Source: Gammaproteobacteria bacterium (lineage in GTDB: Bacteria > Pseudomonadota > Gammaproteobacteria > PIWD01). From it: 60,873 nt of DNA. Made by a program: the position numbers and the translations under genes. Positions 8,629 through 19,376 of the stretch are shown here, piece after piece (within the stretch, counting starts at the first letter, position 1; each line of letters begins with the position of its first letter). Where the stretch lies: contig PIWD01000003.1 of the NCBI GenBank assembly GCA_003354005.1, forward strand, positions 1-60,873, given 5' to 3'. The notes under the pieces are model-generated. The model did no database searches, had not been told where the DNA came from, and worked only from the letters and a program-made list of their open reading frames with translations.

Positions 8629-10218
8629 ATGCTTGAGGAAAATCATAGTAAACAATTAAAAGGAATAGACAAGCATTTCACTAATAACTTGGCTCACACC
8701 ATAAGAGATGTCTCTGGTCATAGTTTTTCACTTTTTACTAGGGAAGGTTTAGCCACATGTTTTTATTACATAAACCATGGTTTACTGATAGCTCTTTTGT
8801 TGCTATGTATATGGGTCAGTGCTGTGCTGATAATTAGTATTAGTATAGCCAGCGGTATCTTATTTGCTGGCACTCTGTTGGCAAGTGCTGTCTCGGGCTA
8901 TTTAATTTTTTCTACGAAGAAAGATAAGAGAGATCATCCGTTTGAGAGCAGCAAGGGTAAATATAGCATGATCTTAGCTGTACTACTTGTCATATTGGGT
9001 CTAATTTCAGGTGGTGTACCAACAGTTACCGCGCTTGCATTAGCAAAAATTTTTTGGTACTTACCGTTCATCTCTGTTCTGGCACCTATACTGCCCTATA
9101 TACTGCTTGCAGCCCCATTTGTATCGCTAATTGCCTGTATGCTATTTTCCCGCTCTCGAATCCTGCTAGAAGATAGTACAAACCACGACATTGGCTTATC
9201 ATTACAATCTTTCTTATTTCATTTGGGATGTGTCTGCACACTCGCTGTTGGAAGCTATTGTTTATTCAACTTGCTGGGCACAGTAATGTTTCTGTCTCTT
9301 TTGGGGGTTATCTTATTAGCTGTTGCACTTGTTGTTGTAGTCTCAATTGATGGATATAAAATTTATCGTGACGAGATGGAGGCTAAGAAGATTGATCGTT
9401 TTGGGTACTTCCCAAATATCATCAAAAGTTTCGTTAACTGGATCAAAGAAAACAGTTTTGTTAAATTGATCAGAGATAGTTCCTGCTTTAAAAGAATTAG
9501 CAACATATTTTCCGATCGCGTTTTGTTCAATTGTGTACTGCTCGTATTGTTTTCGGCATTTCTACTCTGTCATAGCGTCCCATTTTTTTACATGTCCTTT
9601 TTCTTCATACTCCCAGTATTTTTAGTCCCGTGGCTTCTAGGCATAAAGGGCAAAGTTAAGACCACTATGATGAAAGGAATGATGTTAATCATGCCGCTAT
9701 ATGGATTAAGCAAAGTAGCATCATGGGTGCTGACCTTAGCTTTGTTACAAAACTTCCTTATACTCGGAGTTGTATTCGGTTTACCACTATTATATTGCTA
9801 CGCAATTGTCCGAAAAGTTGATCCGAGGAGCTTTGATCTTGCATCGGTTATCACACTTGTAGCTGCTTTAGTGGTTGTTTTAATCGGTGGACTGCCACTG
9901 CCTATTTTTTTAGGCATGTGTTTTAGTATTGTGGTGGCGGTGCTCCAACTGGGTTACAGCTATTTCAAGAGTGGAGATGAGCAGTTGACCAATACAACCC
10001 ACTGTCCAGATGGCAGGAATAAGTTTTTGTATGCTATCACAAAAATGTTGTACTTTACTAAAAATAAATCTGCACATAATGCCTCCAATTTGTGTGCTGA
10101 TGCTGTCACAACAGTGGCATTTACTGGAACTAATTTTCATTCCTCCAGAAAGATATCATTGAATGAAAATGATTCGGCTTCTCTCCACAAAAAACAGTAT
10201 CCCATCAAAATACATTAA
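8629..10218 (+). CDS. polytopic membrane protein of unknown function (529 aa, at least 12 predicted TM segments)
   Basis: Strong SD (gagggggtagg) 6 nt upstream of the ATG. Long hydrophobic runs throughout and a hydrophilic C-terminal tail of about 80 aa. No recognisable family. Confidence 0.7.
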   Translation: MLEENHSKQLKGIDKHFTNNLAHTIRDVSGHSFSLFTREGLATCFYYINHGLLIALLLLCIWVSAVLIISISIASGILFAGTLLASAVSGYLIFSTKKDKRDHPFESSKGKYSMILAVLLVILGLISGGVPTVTALALAKIFWYLPFISVLAPILPYILLAAPFVSLIACMLFSRSRILLEDSTNHDIGLSLQSFLFHLGCVCTLAVGSYCLFNLLGTVMFLSLLGVILLAVALVVVVSIDGYKIYRDEMEAKKIDRFGYFPNIIKSFVNWIKENSFVKLIRDSSCFKRISNIFSDRVLFNCVLLVLFSAFLLCHSVPFFYMSFFFILPVFLVPWLLGIKGKVKTTMMKGMMLIMPLYGLSKVASWVLTLALLQNFLILGVVFGLPLLYCYAIVRKVDPRSFDLASVITLVAALVVVLIGGLPLPIFLGMCFSIVVAVLQLGYSYFKSGDEQLTNTTHCPDGRNKFLYAITKMLYFTKNKSAHNASNLCADAVTTVAFTGTNFHSSRKISLNENDSASLHKKQYPIKIH

Positions 10219-10433
10219 TCACATTACTATTTTTTCGATTATCCAGGATGATCTCTTACTTCTTTTTGAGCCACTTCTATCAAGCAATCAAACCTCTCCT
10301 TTTCTTTTGATAGGGATATTCTTGCAGCTAAGAATATCAAAACGTTTGCTATTGCTGATGCGATTGGGCAAAGTGTTTGTGTAAAGTAGTTCCCAAACAA
10401 CCTTATGTGCAGCGAGCCTGTTATTGTTATATC

Positions 10434-10526
10434 GAAAGGTAGTTGTAATCAGACATCTACGGGTCGCAAGAAGCCACCGCTAAAACAGTTAGCGACTGTT
10501 TAGTCGGTGGGAGCATGTCACAATTG
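10434..10526 (+). repeat. palindromic extragenic repeat family R3, copy F1
   Basis: Shares gaaagg..gtaa.c..acatct.cgggtcgcaa.aagcc.ccgc and the hairpin ccaccgCTAAAACAGttagcgaCTGTTTAGtcggtgg (10474-10510) with 36404-36519. The tail gggagcatgtcacaattg is shared with 35447-35490. Confidence 0.8.
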
Positions 10527-10606
10527 TTATAGTGTTCTATAATTTGTTTACAACAGTAACATAAATGTTTATGATTTTCACAAGTTATTGAGGAAGGATA
10601 TATGCC

Positions 10607-13600
10607 ATGCCTATCATGCCACGCAGTAAAAAAGTACTGCTCGAACAAATTGTAGAACACGCTAAGCTACAATTAACACCTGATCAAGTACCACACATTG
10701 AAACATTTGTTCAGGGTTATTTTGATAATATTGATATTGCAGATCTGAAAGGTCATAAGCTCGATTACTTATTACAAATTGTTCTAAGGCATTTCAATTT
10801 GATGTATTGCCGGAATCCACAAGACATTACAATTGAAATACTCCATTTTAAAGTGGACACCACAATACGACCAATCCCCTTTACATCCATCATGATCGTT
10901 CATCCTGATATGCCGTTTTTAATTGATTCAGTGCGCATAGCCATTAATCGGCATGGTTATATGTCACATTGGGTCATTGATCTAGGTGGCATGGTTATTG
11001 AGCGCGATAGCAAAGGTATAATGCGTAGAATACTTGATCGACACGCAGTAGGCAACAATGTGTATAAGGATGCACCTATTTATATTGCACTCAATCATTG
11101 CTTATCAAAGCAGCAAAGTGACACACTGCAAGCAGATTTAAAAAAAATCTTGAAAGATGTGCACAGCTCTGTTAGTGATTGGCGCAAAATGCGAAAGTGT
11201 TTGGAGGTTGTGAGTAATCGCCTAGAGAAAAGCTTAACCCATACACAGTCCGTTGATGGTCAGGAGTCCATCGCTTTTTTAAAGTGGTTGCCTAGACACT
11301 TCATTTTTCTCGGTTGCCGATATTATCAGTTAAATAAAATAAACGGTGATTATGAGTTGTGTATAAAAGCACGCTCTGGCTTAGGAGTATTGAGACGTTC
11401 CTGTGAGACCGTGACTAAACGTTATTCACAGTTGCCGTTTGAAGTACGTGATTTTGTACAATCACCACGTGTCTTAATTTTTTCTAAGACTAAAAGTCGT
11501 TCTACGGTACACCGTGCTAGCTACACAGATTTTATAGGTGTTAAAGATTTTGATGAAAAGGGGGAATTAATCGGGGAGTATCATTTTATTGGTTTATACA
11601 TGGCACTAGCCTACAGTGAAGACCCAACCAATATTCCACTTTTAAGGGACAAGATTCAGCATATTATTAAACGTGCTAATTTTTCTGATAGTAGTTATGC
11701 TGGGTATAAGCTCATCTATATTCTCAAAAATTTACCCCGTAATGACTTATTGCAAGCTAATGTTGATGAATTATTTGAGCTGACAATGTCAATTTTACGT
11801 TTGGAGCGACAGGAAAGAAGAAAAACAAGCCTTTTTATACGTAAAGACCCCTATAACCGTTTCTTCTCCTGTTTTGTTTACATGCCTAGAGATTATTTTG
11901 CTAGTCATTTACTCCATCAAATCGATCGTATACTAAAGAGAAAATTAAAGGGCATTGATGTCGAATTTTCAACATATTTCCCCGACTCACCACTAATGCG
12001 GATTCATTACATCATACATGTTCACCCCAAGCATGTGCCTATTTATGATAAGGAGGCTTTAGAAAAAGAATTGATGCAAATTGCTTATCCTTGGAAAGAT
12101 GCATTATCAGATAAACTGTCGGAACGATTTGGCTGTGAATTGGGTGTCACATTATTTAGTCGTTACAAAACAGCGTTCCAACATGGTTATCAGGAAATTT
12201 TTACTGCAAAGCAGGCAGTCGATGATATCGGTTATCTTGAAATTCTAAGTTCTAACCAGCCGTTACAAAGTGTATTTTACATACCAAAGCAACCTCAGGC
12301 AAATGTATCACAACGCCTCAAACTATTTCATTTAACACATGACGTACCATTATCAAATGTGTTGCCCATGTTAGAAAACATGGGCATACATGTAATGGAT
12401 GAATGTACATACTGGGTTAAGCGATCGGATAGTACACTGGTTTGGATTAGTGATCTTGGATTAGTGCCCCAAGCAAGTCAGTTACTCGACAATGAAAAAA
12501 AACTGACACTATTTAAAGAGGCATTTCATAAAATTTATTTAGGCAAAGCAGAGGACGATGGATTTAATCGCCTTATCTTACAAACTGGTCTGTCGTGGCG
12601 TGCAATACGTGTGTTGCGAGCTTATGCAAGCTACTTTCGTCAGATACGGTTTCCATTCAGTTTTGAATATATTCAATCTGCTTTATTGGCGAATATTGAT
12701 ATAACAACATTGTTGATGACCTATTTTTCATCTCGGTTCAGCCTCGATCAGGAAAAAACTCAAAATATTAAGCAACTCGAAAAACGCTTTGTTAAGGCCG
12801 TAGAAGGTGTCAAGAACCCAGATGAAGATCGTATTTTGTGTTACTACTTCTCAGCCATCAAAGCAACACTGCGTACAAACTATCATCAACATGATGCAGA
12901 AGGCCGTAATAAATCTTACCTATCCTTCAAAATTGCACCACGGCAGTTAGCCAATATACCACGACCCGTTCCTTGGCGAGAGATATTTGTTTATGGCAAA
13001 ACCTTTGAAGGCACACATTTACGGACAGCGAGTGTCGCACGTGGTGGTATTCGTTGGTCAGATCGTCGTGAAGACTTCCGCACAGAAGTCCTAGGTCTTG
13101 CCAAGGCACAGCACGTCAAAAATGCCATTATTGTCCCTGCTGGAGCCAAGGGTGGCTTTATCGCTAAACAACTACCGATTGGAGATGGTCGTGCGGCGAT
13201 ACAGCGTGAAGGTCTACATTGTTACCAGCTATTTATTCATGGCTTGCTCGACTTGGTCGATAATTATGTAAAAAATAAGCTAGTAAAACCGCTTCGTACC
13301 ACCTGTTACGATGAGGATGACACATATTTAGTCGTTGCAGCAGACAAAGGAACAGCGAGCTTTTCTGATGTTGCCAATAAGATAGCGATGGAATCCTACA
13401 ATTATTGGTTAGGCAATGCATTTGCTTCTGGTGGATGTACAGGCTATGACCACAAAGCTATGGGGATTACAGCACGGGGGGCTTGGGAATCCGTCTTGCA
13501 TCACTTCCATACTCTAGGCATTGATAGTGTAGAGAAACCGTTTACTGTCATTGGCATTGGTGATATGAGCGGTGATGTATTTGGTAATGGCATGTTGCTT

Positions 13601-15439
13601 TCAAAGCAAATTAAGTTAATTGCAGCGTTTAACCACCAGCATATTTTTGTTGACCCAAACCCAGATCCTAAGATTAGTTATAAGGAGCGGAACCGATTGT
13701 TTAAATTGCCTGTCTCAACTTGGATGGATTATTCTGAAGACTGTTTATCGAAGGGAGGGCGTATTTTTTCGCGCAAAGCAAAACTGCTGTCCCTAACTCC
13801 TCAAATTAAGCAATATTTGAAAATCACCAAAAGTGCAGTTACACCACAGCAACTGATTCGTTGTCTTCTGCAAGCTGAGGTCGATTTACTGTGGAATGGT
13901 GGTATTGGCACCTATGTAAAAGCACGCTCTGAATCGCATGATGCTGTGAGAGATCGCTCAAACGATACCGTCCGTGTTGATGGACATCAATTACGTTGCC
14001 GTGTTGTTGCAGAAGGAGGTAACCTAGGGTTTACACAATTGAGTCGTGTTGAATATGAACTCAGTGGTGGTCGCATTAATACAGATTTTATTGATAATTC
14101 AGCTGGTGTTGATTGCTCAGATCATGAAGTTAACATCAAGATTTTATTGAATGACGTTGTTGATGCAGGGCAGCTTGATGTAAAGAAACGTAATGTCCTC
14201 TTAACACAATTACAAAATGAAGTTGCTTGTTTGGTTCTGCGTCATAATGTACAACAAAATATCGCCATTAGCTTAGCCACGTCTCAGACTCCTGCTTATC
14301 TTGATCTGTACGACCGCTATATAACAGAGCAACAGCAGAAAGGTCATCTTGATCGTGATTTAGCCTGTCTACCAAGTAGCGATACACTATGTGAAAGAAA
14401 GATCTTAAAACAAGGGCTAATGCGCCCTGAGATTGCGACTTTGCTGACGCATGCTAAAATTTCTCTCAAACAAGAAATTGTACACTCTAAGCTTCCCGAT
14501 ACACCTTATTTCGCAGTGTACATGAAAGATGCATTTCCTGCGCGATTAAGTCAGCATTACCCCGATGCTATGAACAGCCATCCACTACGACGCGAAATCA
14601 TAGCAACACAACTAAGTAATAATATTGTCAATGACATGGGAATCGTCTTTGTACATCAAATGCGTGATGAAATGAATGCTGATACTGAGAAAATTGTCTC
14701 TGCTTATATAATTGCCAACGAAATTTTTCAAGGCAACGTATTGATTGAAGCCAGTAATAAGCTGCTGGGTAAAATTGATGCGAACACACATATTAATATG
14801 ATATCAATTATCAACGGTTTGATTCGACGTGGTGCACGCTGGTTGCTACGTAACCGTTATCACCAATTAGATGTTAGACAAACTATCGAATACTTCAAGG
14901 ATAAAGTGGCTCTAATCACTGAATCATTTTTAAGTCATTTTATTGGCACGGGTCGAGAATCTTATCTCACACGTAAACAAGCCTTAATTACATCAGATGT
15001 GCCGACTAAACTAGCTGTTTGCATCGCCTCAATGCCAAAATTGCATGTCGCATTTGATCTGATCATTGCAAGTGAAGCCGTTGGGGATGGGGTTGGAACT
15101 GTCGTACAAATTTATTCACCCATGGTGGAGCACCTAGAATTAATTTGGTTGCGTAGTTGCATTAATGCTTATCCACTTGATAATCACTGGACCGTATTGG
15201 CCAGAGCAGCTTTAAAAAATGACTTAGACCGATGTATCCAGGAATTACTGATACTTGTACTGCGCTCTGGCAAAAAGAACTCCTCTCCAGGACAACATCT
15301 AGAACAATGGATAAAAGACAACCATAGCTTTGTTTATCGTTGGAAGCAGATGTTAGATAAATTCAAAGCCTCATCTGGTATTGATTTTGTCATGCTCAAT
15401 GTTGCTGTTCGAGAGCTGTCAGAGTACCTCCGCAGTTAG
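10607..15439 (+). CDS. gdhB: NAD-specific glutamate dehydrogenase, large (about 180 kDa) class
   Basis: 1610 aa. The catalytic core GGIRWSDRREDFRTEVLGLAKAQHVKNAIIVPAGAKGGF is typical of the large NAD-GDH family. Confidence 0.9.
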   Translation: MPIMPRSKKVLLEQIVEHAKLQLTPDQVPHIETFVQGYFDNIDIADLKGHKLDYLLQIVLRHFNLMYCRNPQDITIEILHFKVDTTIRPIPFTSIMIVHPDMPFLIDSVRIAINRHGYMSHWVIDLGGMVIERDSKGIMRRILDRHAVGNNVYKDAPIYIALNHCLSKQQSDTLQADLKKILKDVHSSVSDWRKMRKCLEVVSNRLEKSLTHTQSVDGQESIAFLKWLPRHFIFLGCRYYQLNKINGDYELCIKARSGLGVLRRSCETVTKRYSQLPFEVRDFVQSPRVLIFSKTKSRSTVHRASYTDFIGVKDFDEKGELIGEYHFIGLYMALAYSEDPTNIPLLRDKIQHIIKRANFSDSSYAGYKLIYILKNLPRNDLLQANVDELFELTMSILRLERQERRKTSLFIRKDPYNRFFSCFVYMPRDYFASHLLHQIDRILKRKLKGIDVEFSTYFPDSPLMRIHYIIHVHPKHVPIYDKEALEKELMQIAYPWKDALSDKLSERFGCELGVTLFSRYKTAFQHGYQEIFTAKQAVDDIGYLEILSSNQPLQSVFYIPKQPQANVSQRLKLFHLTHDVPLSNVLPMLENMGIHVMDECTYWVKRSDSTLVWISDLGLVPQASQLLDNEKKLTLFKEAFHKIYLGKAEDDGFNRLILQTGLSWRAIRVLRAYASYFRQIRFPFSFEYIQSALLANIDITTLLMTYFSSRFSLDQEKTQNIKQLEKRFVKAVEGVKNPDEDRILCYYFSAIKATLRTNYHQHDAEGRNKSYLSFKIAPRQLANIPRPVPWREIFVYGKTFEGTHLRTASVARGGIRWSDRREDFRTEVLGLAKAQHVKNAIIVPAGAKGGFIAKQLPIGDGRAAIQREGLHCYQLFIHGLLDLVDNYVKNKLVKPLRTTCYDEDDTYLVVAADKGTASFSDVANKIAMESYNYWLGNAFASGGCTGYDHKAMGITARGAWESVLHHFHTLGIDSVEKPFTVIGIGDMSGDVFGNGMLLSKQIKLIAAFNHQHIFVDPNPDPKISYKERNRLFKLPVSTWMDYSEDCLSKGGRIFSRKAKLLSLTPQIKQYLKITKSAVTPQQLIRCLLQAEVDLLWNGGIGTYVKARSESHDAVRDRSNDTVRVDGHQLRCRVVAEGGNLGFTQLSRVEYELSGGRINTDFIDNSAGVDCSDHEVNIKILLNDVVDAGQLDVKKRNVLLTQLQNEVACLVLRHNVQQNIAISLATSQTPAYLDLYDRYITEQQQKGHLDRDLACLPSSDTLCERKILKQGLMRPEIATLLTHAKISLKQEIVHSKLPDTPYFAVYMKDAFPARLSQHYPDAMNSHPLRREIIATQLSNNIVNDMGIVFVHQMRDEMNADTEKIVSAYIIANEIFQGNVLIEASNKLLGKIDANTHINMISIINGLIRRGARWLLRNRYHQLDVRQTIEYFKDKVALITESFLSHFIGTGRESYLTRKQALITSDVPTKLAVCIASMPKLHVAFDLIIASEAVGDGVGTVVQIYSPMVEHLELIWLRSCINAYPLDNHWTVLARAALKNDLDRCIQELLILVLRSGKKNSSPGQHLEQWIKDNHSFVYRWKQMLDKFKASSGIDFVMLNVAVRELSEYLRS

Positions 15440-15479
15440 TGCTGGCTATTCGTATTTTTTCCTAGCAACCGCAGCCTCA

Positions 15480-16412
15480 CTATCTAAAATAATCAAAAAA
15501 TTGGCTGCAAATTGATAAATCTTTTTCATATTCAAGCTGGCGGATACCCGTTGGACTAGTGATATTGATTTCCGTTAAATAATCACCGATCACATCGAGT
15601 CCGATTAAACCCAGGCCACGATTGGCTAGTTTTTTTGAGATACTCTGGCAGATTTTACGGTCATCTTGTGTCAATTGTGCAACATGTGCTGAGCCACCAA
15701 CAGCCAGATTAGCACGAACTTCACCTAATTTGGGGACACGCACTAAAGCATATGGCACAGGTTCTCCATGTACCAGTAAAATACGTTTATCACCTTTTAG
15801 CACATCAGGTATAAAGCGTTGAGCCATAATAGCCAGCTTTCCATAATGGCTGATGAGTTCCCACATTGACTTTAGGTTTGGATCCCCGTTTTCAACATAC
15901 AAGATGCCGTGCCCACCCATAAAATTAAGTGGTTTGAGTACAACCTTTCCCTGCTCAGTGACAAACTCATTTAATAGTGTGTAATTGGCTGTCACGAGTG
16001 TAGGTGGGCAGTAGTCGCTAAACTCAAGAATGCTAATCTTTTCATGAATATCACGTAGTGTATTAGGCTTATTCACCACACGGAGACCCTGTTTTTCCGC
16101 AAGCTCTAACATATAAATCATATGCCAAAATGCTTCATTTACAGGGGGGTTTTTTCGCATCAACAATAGATCGAGTTGATGCAGTGGGATAATCGATGGT
16201 ACGTCAAGCTGATAATAGTCATCAGGGCGATCGATAACCTTCAGTTGTTTCATTTGGGCATAGGCAGTAGATCCACGTAGAAACAGATCATGTAATTGCA
16301 TATAATGGATCTGGTAGTCGCGTTTCTGTGCCTCCAATAGTAATGCAAAGCTGGTATCACTGCGTACGTTAATTGATGCTATATCATCCATTATGATGCC
16401 GAGTCGTTTCAT
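15480..16412 (-). CDS. gshB: glutathione synthetase
   Basis: N-terminus MKRLGIIMDDIASINVRSDTSFALLLEAQKR and an ATP-grasp C-terminus (IGLDVIGDYLTEINITSPTG). Confidence 0.9.
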   Translation of the reverse strand: MKRLGIIMDDIASINVRSDTSFALLLEAQKRDYQIHYMQLHDLFLRGSTAYAQMKQLKVIDRPDDYYQLDVPSIIPLHQLDLLLMRKNPPVNEAFWHMIYMLELAEKQGLRVVNKPNTLRDIHEKISILEFSDYCPPTLVTANYTLLNEFVTEQGKVVLKPLNFMGGHGILYVENGDPNLKSMWELISHYGKLAIMAQRFIPDVLKGDKRILLVHGEPVPYALVRVPKLGEVRANLAVGGSAHVAQLTQDDRKICQSISKKLANRGLGLIGLDVIGDYLTEINITSPTGIRQLEYEKDLSICSQFFDYFR

Positions 16413-16427
16413 CCTAAATCTTTCTCC

Positions 16428-17705
16428 TCATCTTTGGGCAAGTATTTCTTTTGCTTCCAGGGATGCTGCTAATTGAGCAAGCCTCGCAACAACTGTATAA
16501 GGGTAAAAATGATCCATTAACGGGTGCTCATTTTGCTTACGCATCTCTAGAGGTACAAAATACATTCCAGGTTTATTTAAATTTTTATCGATACCACCTT
16601 TAGGATGTGCACGATAAAAGGCTCCTATTACTCGTTCGCCGATGAGGTAAATAACCATCTCTGCGATATCCTCTTGTGCCTCATTGTGCCAACGATCTAT
16701 TGTTGGAATACCTTCTTGAATAATTACTTGGCTAACAGCACGTCCACCTTTAATTGCTGCCATACGTGCACGTCGCTTGCGGTTCAGTTGAATAATTTCC
16801 TCAGGTGTTCTGATCATTATCACTGCCATTCCATAGGTGCCTTGATCAGCTTTAATGACCATAAACGGTGCAGGGTCAAGATGATACTGCTGGTATTTTT
16901 GTGCTAAAATCTGTGACAATAAATTAGAGTTTCGCAACAAACAACGCTCTCCTTCACGCTTGAGGAAATTAACATCCCCGCAATGACGAAAGAGTGGCAT
17001 AATTTGCCATGGATCGAGTGAGAATTGTTGCGCAAATGTTTGGACAATTCTCTCATAATGTAGGAAATGTAGTGACTTTAAGCGTGACGACCAACCTAAG
17101 CCTAAAGATGGTATAATAGGCTGTTCGATAGCTTGTAATAAATCTGGTATACCAGATGAGAAGTCATTGTTTGAGATAATAATCTCAGGGATAAAATGCT
17201 CAACTGTGATGAGGTCTTGCTGTCGCACAATAGGGTTAAGTGTTATATGTCGACCAGATGGCAGTGGTATTACAGCTCTCTCTTTTAGGTCAGGCAGCAA
17301 TGAACCGACTTGAACGATAAAGCCAGCTTGCTCGATTAGCTCACACAGACAGGAAATGTTTTCTAAATAGTGCTTATTTCTCGTATGGTTCTCTGGGATC
17401 AACAAGATATGGCGTGCTTCAGGCATTATACGGCTTAAGGTATGATATATTGCATCTGCAGCTAAAGGGTATACACTGCGATGTAGATTATTAAAACCAG
17501 CAGGAAATAAATTGGTGTCCACTGGCGCTAACTTAAAGCCAGCATGCCGTACGTCGATTGAACCATAAAACGGTGGAGTAGTTTTTCTCCACTGCGATAT
17601 AAACCATTGTTCGATCGATGCGCGTTGATCGAGCAGACATTGATCTATTGCAGATAATGGCGTATCATGCTGTGGGAAGGATTGTGCTGTGGGTGAGTAA
17701 TTCAT
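16428..17705 (-). CDS. gshA: glutamate--cysteine ligase (short proteobacterial type)
   Basis: 425 aa and immediately upstream of gshB on the same strand. The family call rests on context and general similarity. Confidence 0.65.
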   Translation of the reverse strand: MNYSPTAQSFPQHDTPLSAIDQCLLDQRASIEQWFISQWRKTTPPFYGSIDVRHAGFKLAPVDTNLFPAGFNNLHRSVYPLAADAIYHTLSRIMPEARHILLIPENHTRNKHYLENISCLCELIEQAGFIVQVGSLLPDLKERAVIPLPSGRHITLNPIVRQQDLITVEHFIPEIIISNNDFSSGIPDLLQAIEQPIIPSLGLGWSSRLKSLHFLHYERIVQTFAQQFSLDPWQIMPLFRHCGDVNFLKREGERCLLRNSNLLSQILAQKYQQYHLDPAPFMVIKADQGTYGMAVIMIRTPEEIIQLNRKRRARMAAIKGGRAVSQVIIQEGIPTIDRWHNEAQEDIAEMVIYLIGERVIGAFYRAHPKGGIDKNLNKPGMYFVPLEMRKQNEHPLMDHFYPYTVVARLAQLAASLEAKEILAQR

Positions 17706-17855
17706 TAGGTAATCTTCACATTGTCATACGAGGATCATTATACAGTTGATAAGACAAATATTATACTGGCTTAACCATGATAAAAAAGGTAGCACGATAC
17801 AGAGGATTGCACTATTTATTCATCATATCGTACATTTAATAAATCACCCAATCAC

Positions 17856-18683
17856 ATGAGTATATGGGGCAAAGTAATCTTTGCTATGATCGGCTCTTTT
17901 CTATTCGGGCCTGTTGGGTTTTTGTTGGGTCTGTGGTTGGGGCATTCATTTGATAAACGCCTTAATAGGCGTATCGCCTTTTTTAATTTCGCACCCCATG
18001 CATCTTCTGGAAATTTAACCGATGTACAAGCCATCTTCTTTGAAAGCACCTTTCAAGTTATGGGGCATATTGCTAAATCAGATGGCCGTGTCTCAGAGAG
18101 TGAAATTCATGCAGCCCAGTCTATTATGCGAGAGCTAAACCTAGACACCAACTTTAGACGTGAAGCCATAGAAGCATTTGATATCGGTAAAATGCCAGGA
18201 TTTGACCTTAACCAGGCTTTAGATAAACTAAATGAAGCCTGCCATCACTACCAGCAACTATTAATGATATTTCTTGAACTACAGCAACAAGCGGCGCGTG
18301 CTGATGGCTATATTACAGCTCACAAACAACGTTTATTGCAGCATATAGCTAAAAAATTGGGTGTAACAAGCCATAGTTTCTTTCACAGCCGAACCCATGA
18401 CTTCCACAGGCAATATAATCAGCAGCGACGCACAACTTACCGCCAAACATCGCGCCATTCACCACATGACCTACAAGCTGCCTGTGAACTGCTCGGTGTG
18501 ACAACCAATACTAATGAAGTTCAATTAAAAAAAGCATACCGTAAACTGATGAGTCAAAACCATCCAGACAAATTAGTCTCTAAAGGATTGCCTGAAGAAA
18601 TGATTAAACTGGCTAATCAGAAAACACACGAAATAAAAAAAGCATATGATCTAGTCCGAAAAGCAAAAGGATTTCAGGACTAG
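17856..18683 (+). CDS. djlA: co-chaperone DjlA (membrane-anchored J-domain protein)
   Basis: N-terminal TM, a TerB-like middle domain, and a C-terminal J domain with the HPD motif (YRKLMSQNHPDKL). Confidence 0.85.
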   Translation: MSIWGKVIFAMIGSFLFGPVGFLLGLWLGHSFDKRLNRRIAFFNFAPHASSGNLTDVQAIFFESTFQVMGHIAKSDGRVSESEIHAAQSIMRELNLDTNFRREAIEAFDIGKMPGFDLNQALDKLNEACHHYQQLLMIFLELQQQAARADGYITAHKQRLLQHIAKKLGVTSHSFFHSRTHDFHRQYNQQRRTTYRQTSRHSPHDLQAACELLGVTTNTNEVQLKKAYRKLMSQNHPDKLVSKGLPEEMIKLANQKTHEIKKAYDLVRKAKGFQD

Positions 18684-18709
18684 CCACACAGAAACAGGAT
18701 GAGGAATCC

Positions 18710-19369
18710 ATGAAACAATCATTACAAATTGCAGCCTCTATTTTATCAGCTAACTTTTCCGAGCTCAAAAAAGATACAGCTAATGCCTTACATGCTGGTG
18801 CTGATCTCATCCATTTTGATGTGATGGACAATCATTTTGTACCACATTTGACCATTGGCCCTTTAGTTTGTCAGTCTTTGCGTAATAATGGTATTGATGC
18901 AGCAATTGACGTGCACCTGATGACAGAGCGTCCAGACTCGCTGATTGAACCCTTTACACATGCTGGTGCCACACAAATAAGCTTCCATGTTGAAACAAAA
19001 AATGTCCAAATTGAACATACTCTACAACACATTCATCAGTGTAACTGCCAGGCTGGTCTAGCACTTAACCCCGAAACACCACCTGAACAGATAAAACCCT
19101 ACCTAATGCAAATCGATAATATTCTTATTATGTCAGTACAACCTGGCTGTGGTGGACAAACATTTATACCCGAAACCCTAGAGAAAATACGCACTATCAG
19201 TATATGGGTTAAAGAGCATCAAGCCAATTGTAACATCACAGTCGATGGTGGTGTTAACATTGATAATATCGCACAGATTGCAGAAGCTGGTGCTAACGTG
19301 TGCGTCACAGGCTCCGCACTATTTAACAGCCAAGACTACAGGGCGACTATCAATGCGATGCGTATTTAA
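18710..19369 (+). CDS. rpe: ribulose-phosphate 3-epimerase
   Basis: IAASILSANF...HFDVMDNHFVP...MSVQPGCGGQ.F motifs. Confidence 0.9.
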   Translation: MKQSLQIAASILSANFSELKKDTANALHAGADLIHFDVMDNHFVPHLTIGPLVCQSLRNNGIDAAIDVHLMTERPDSLIEPFTHAGATQISFHVETKNVQIEHTLQHIHQCNCQAGLALNPETPPEQIKPYLMQIDNILIMSVQPGCGGQTFIPETLEKIRTISIWVKEHQANCNITVDGGVNIDNIAQIAEAGANVCVTGSALFNSQDYRATINAMRI

Positions 19370-19376
19370 CAAAATA

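Noticed and set aside
10434-10526. R3 hairpins as integron attC sites flanking gene cassettes
   Set aside because: The stems do not fit the RYYYAAC/GTTRRRY core sites. No intI or attI is present and there is no cassette array. A REP/MITE-like explanation is simpler.
10163-10660. Track ORFs 10163-10384 (+) and 10457-10660 (-) in the gap before gdhB
   Set aside because: They overlap flanking genes or the R3 repeat, lack ribosome-binding sites, and have implausible composition.
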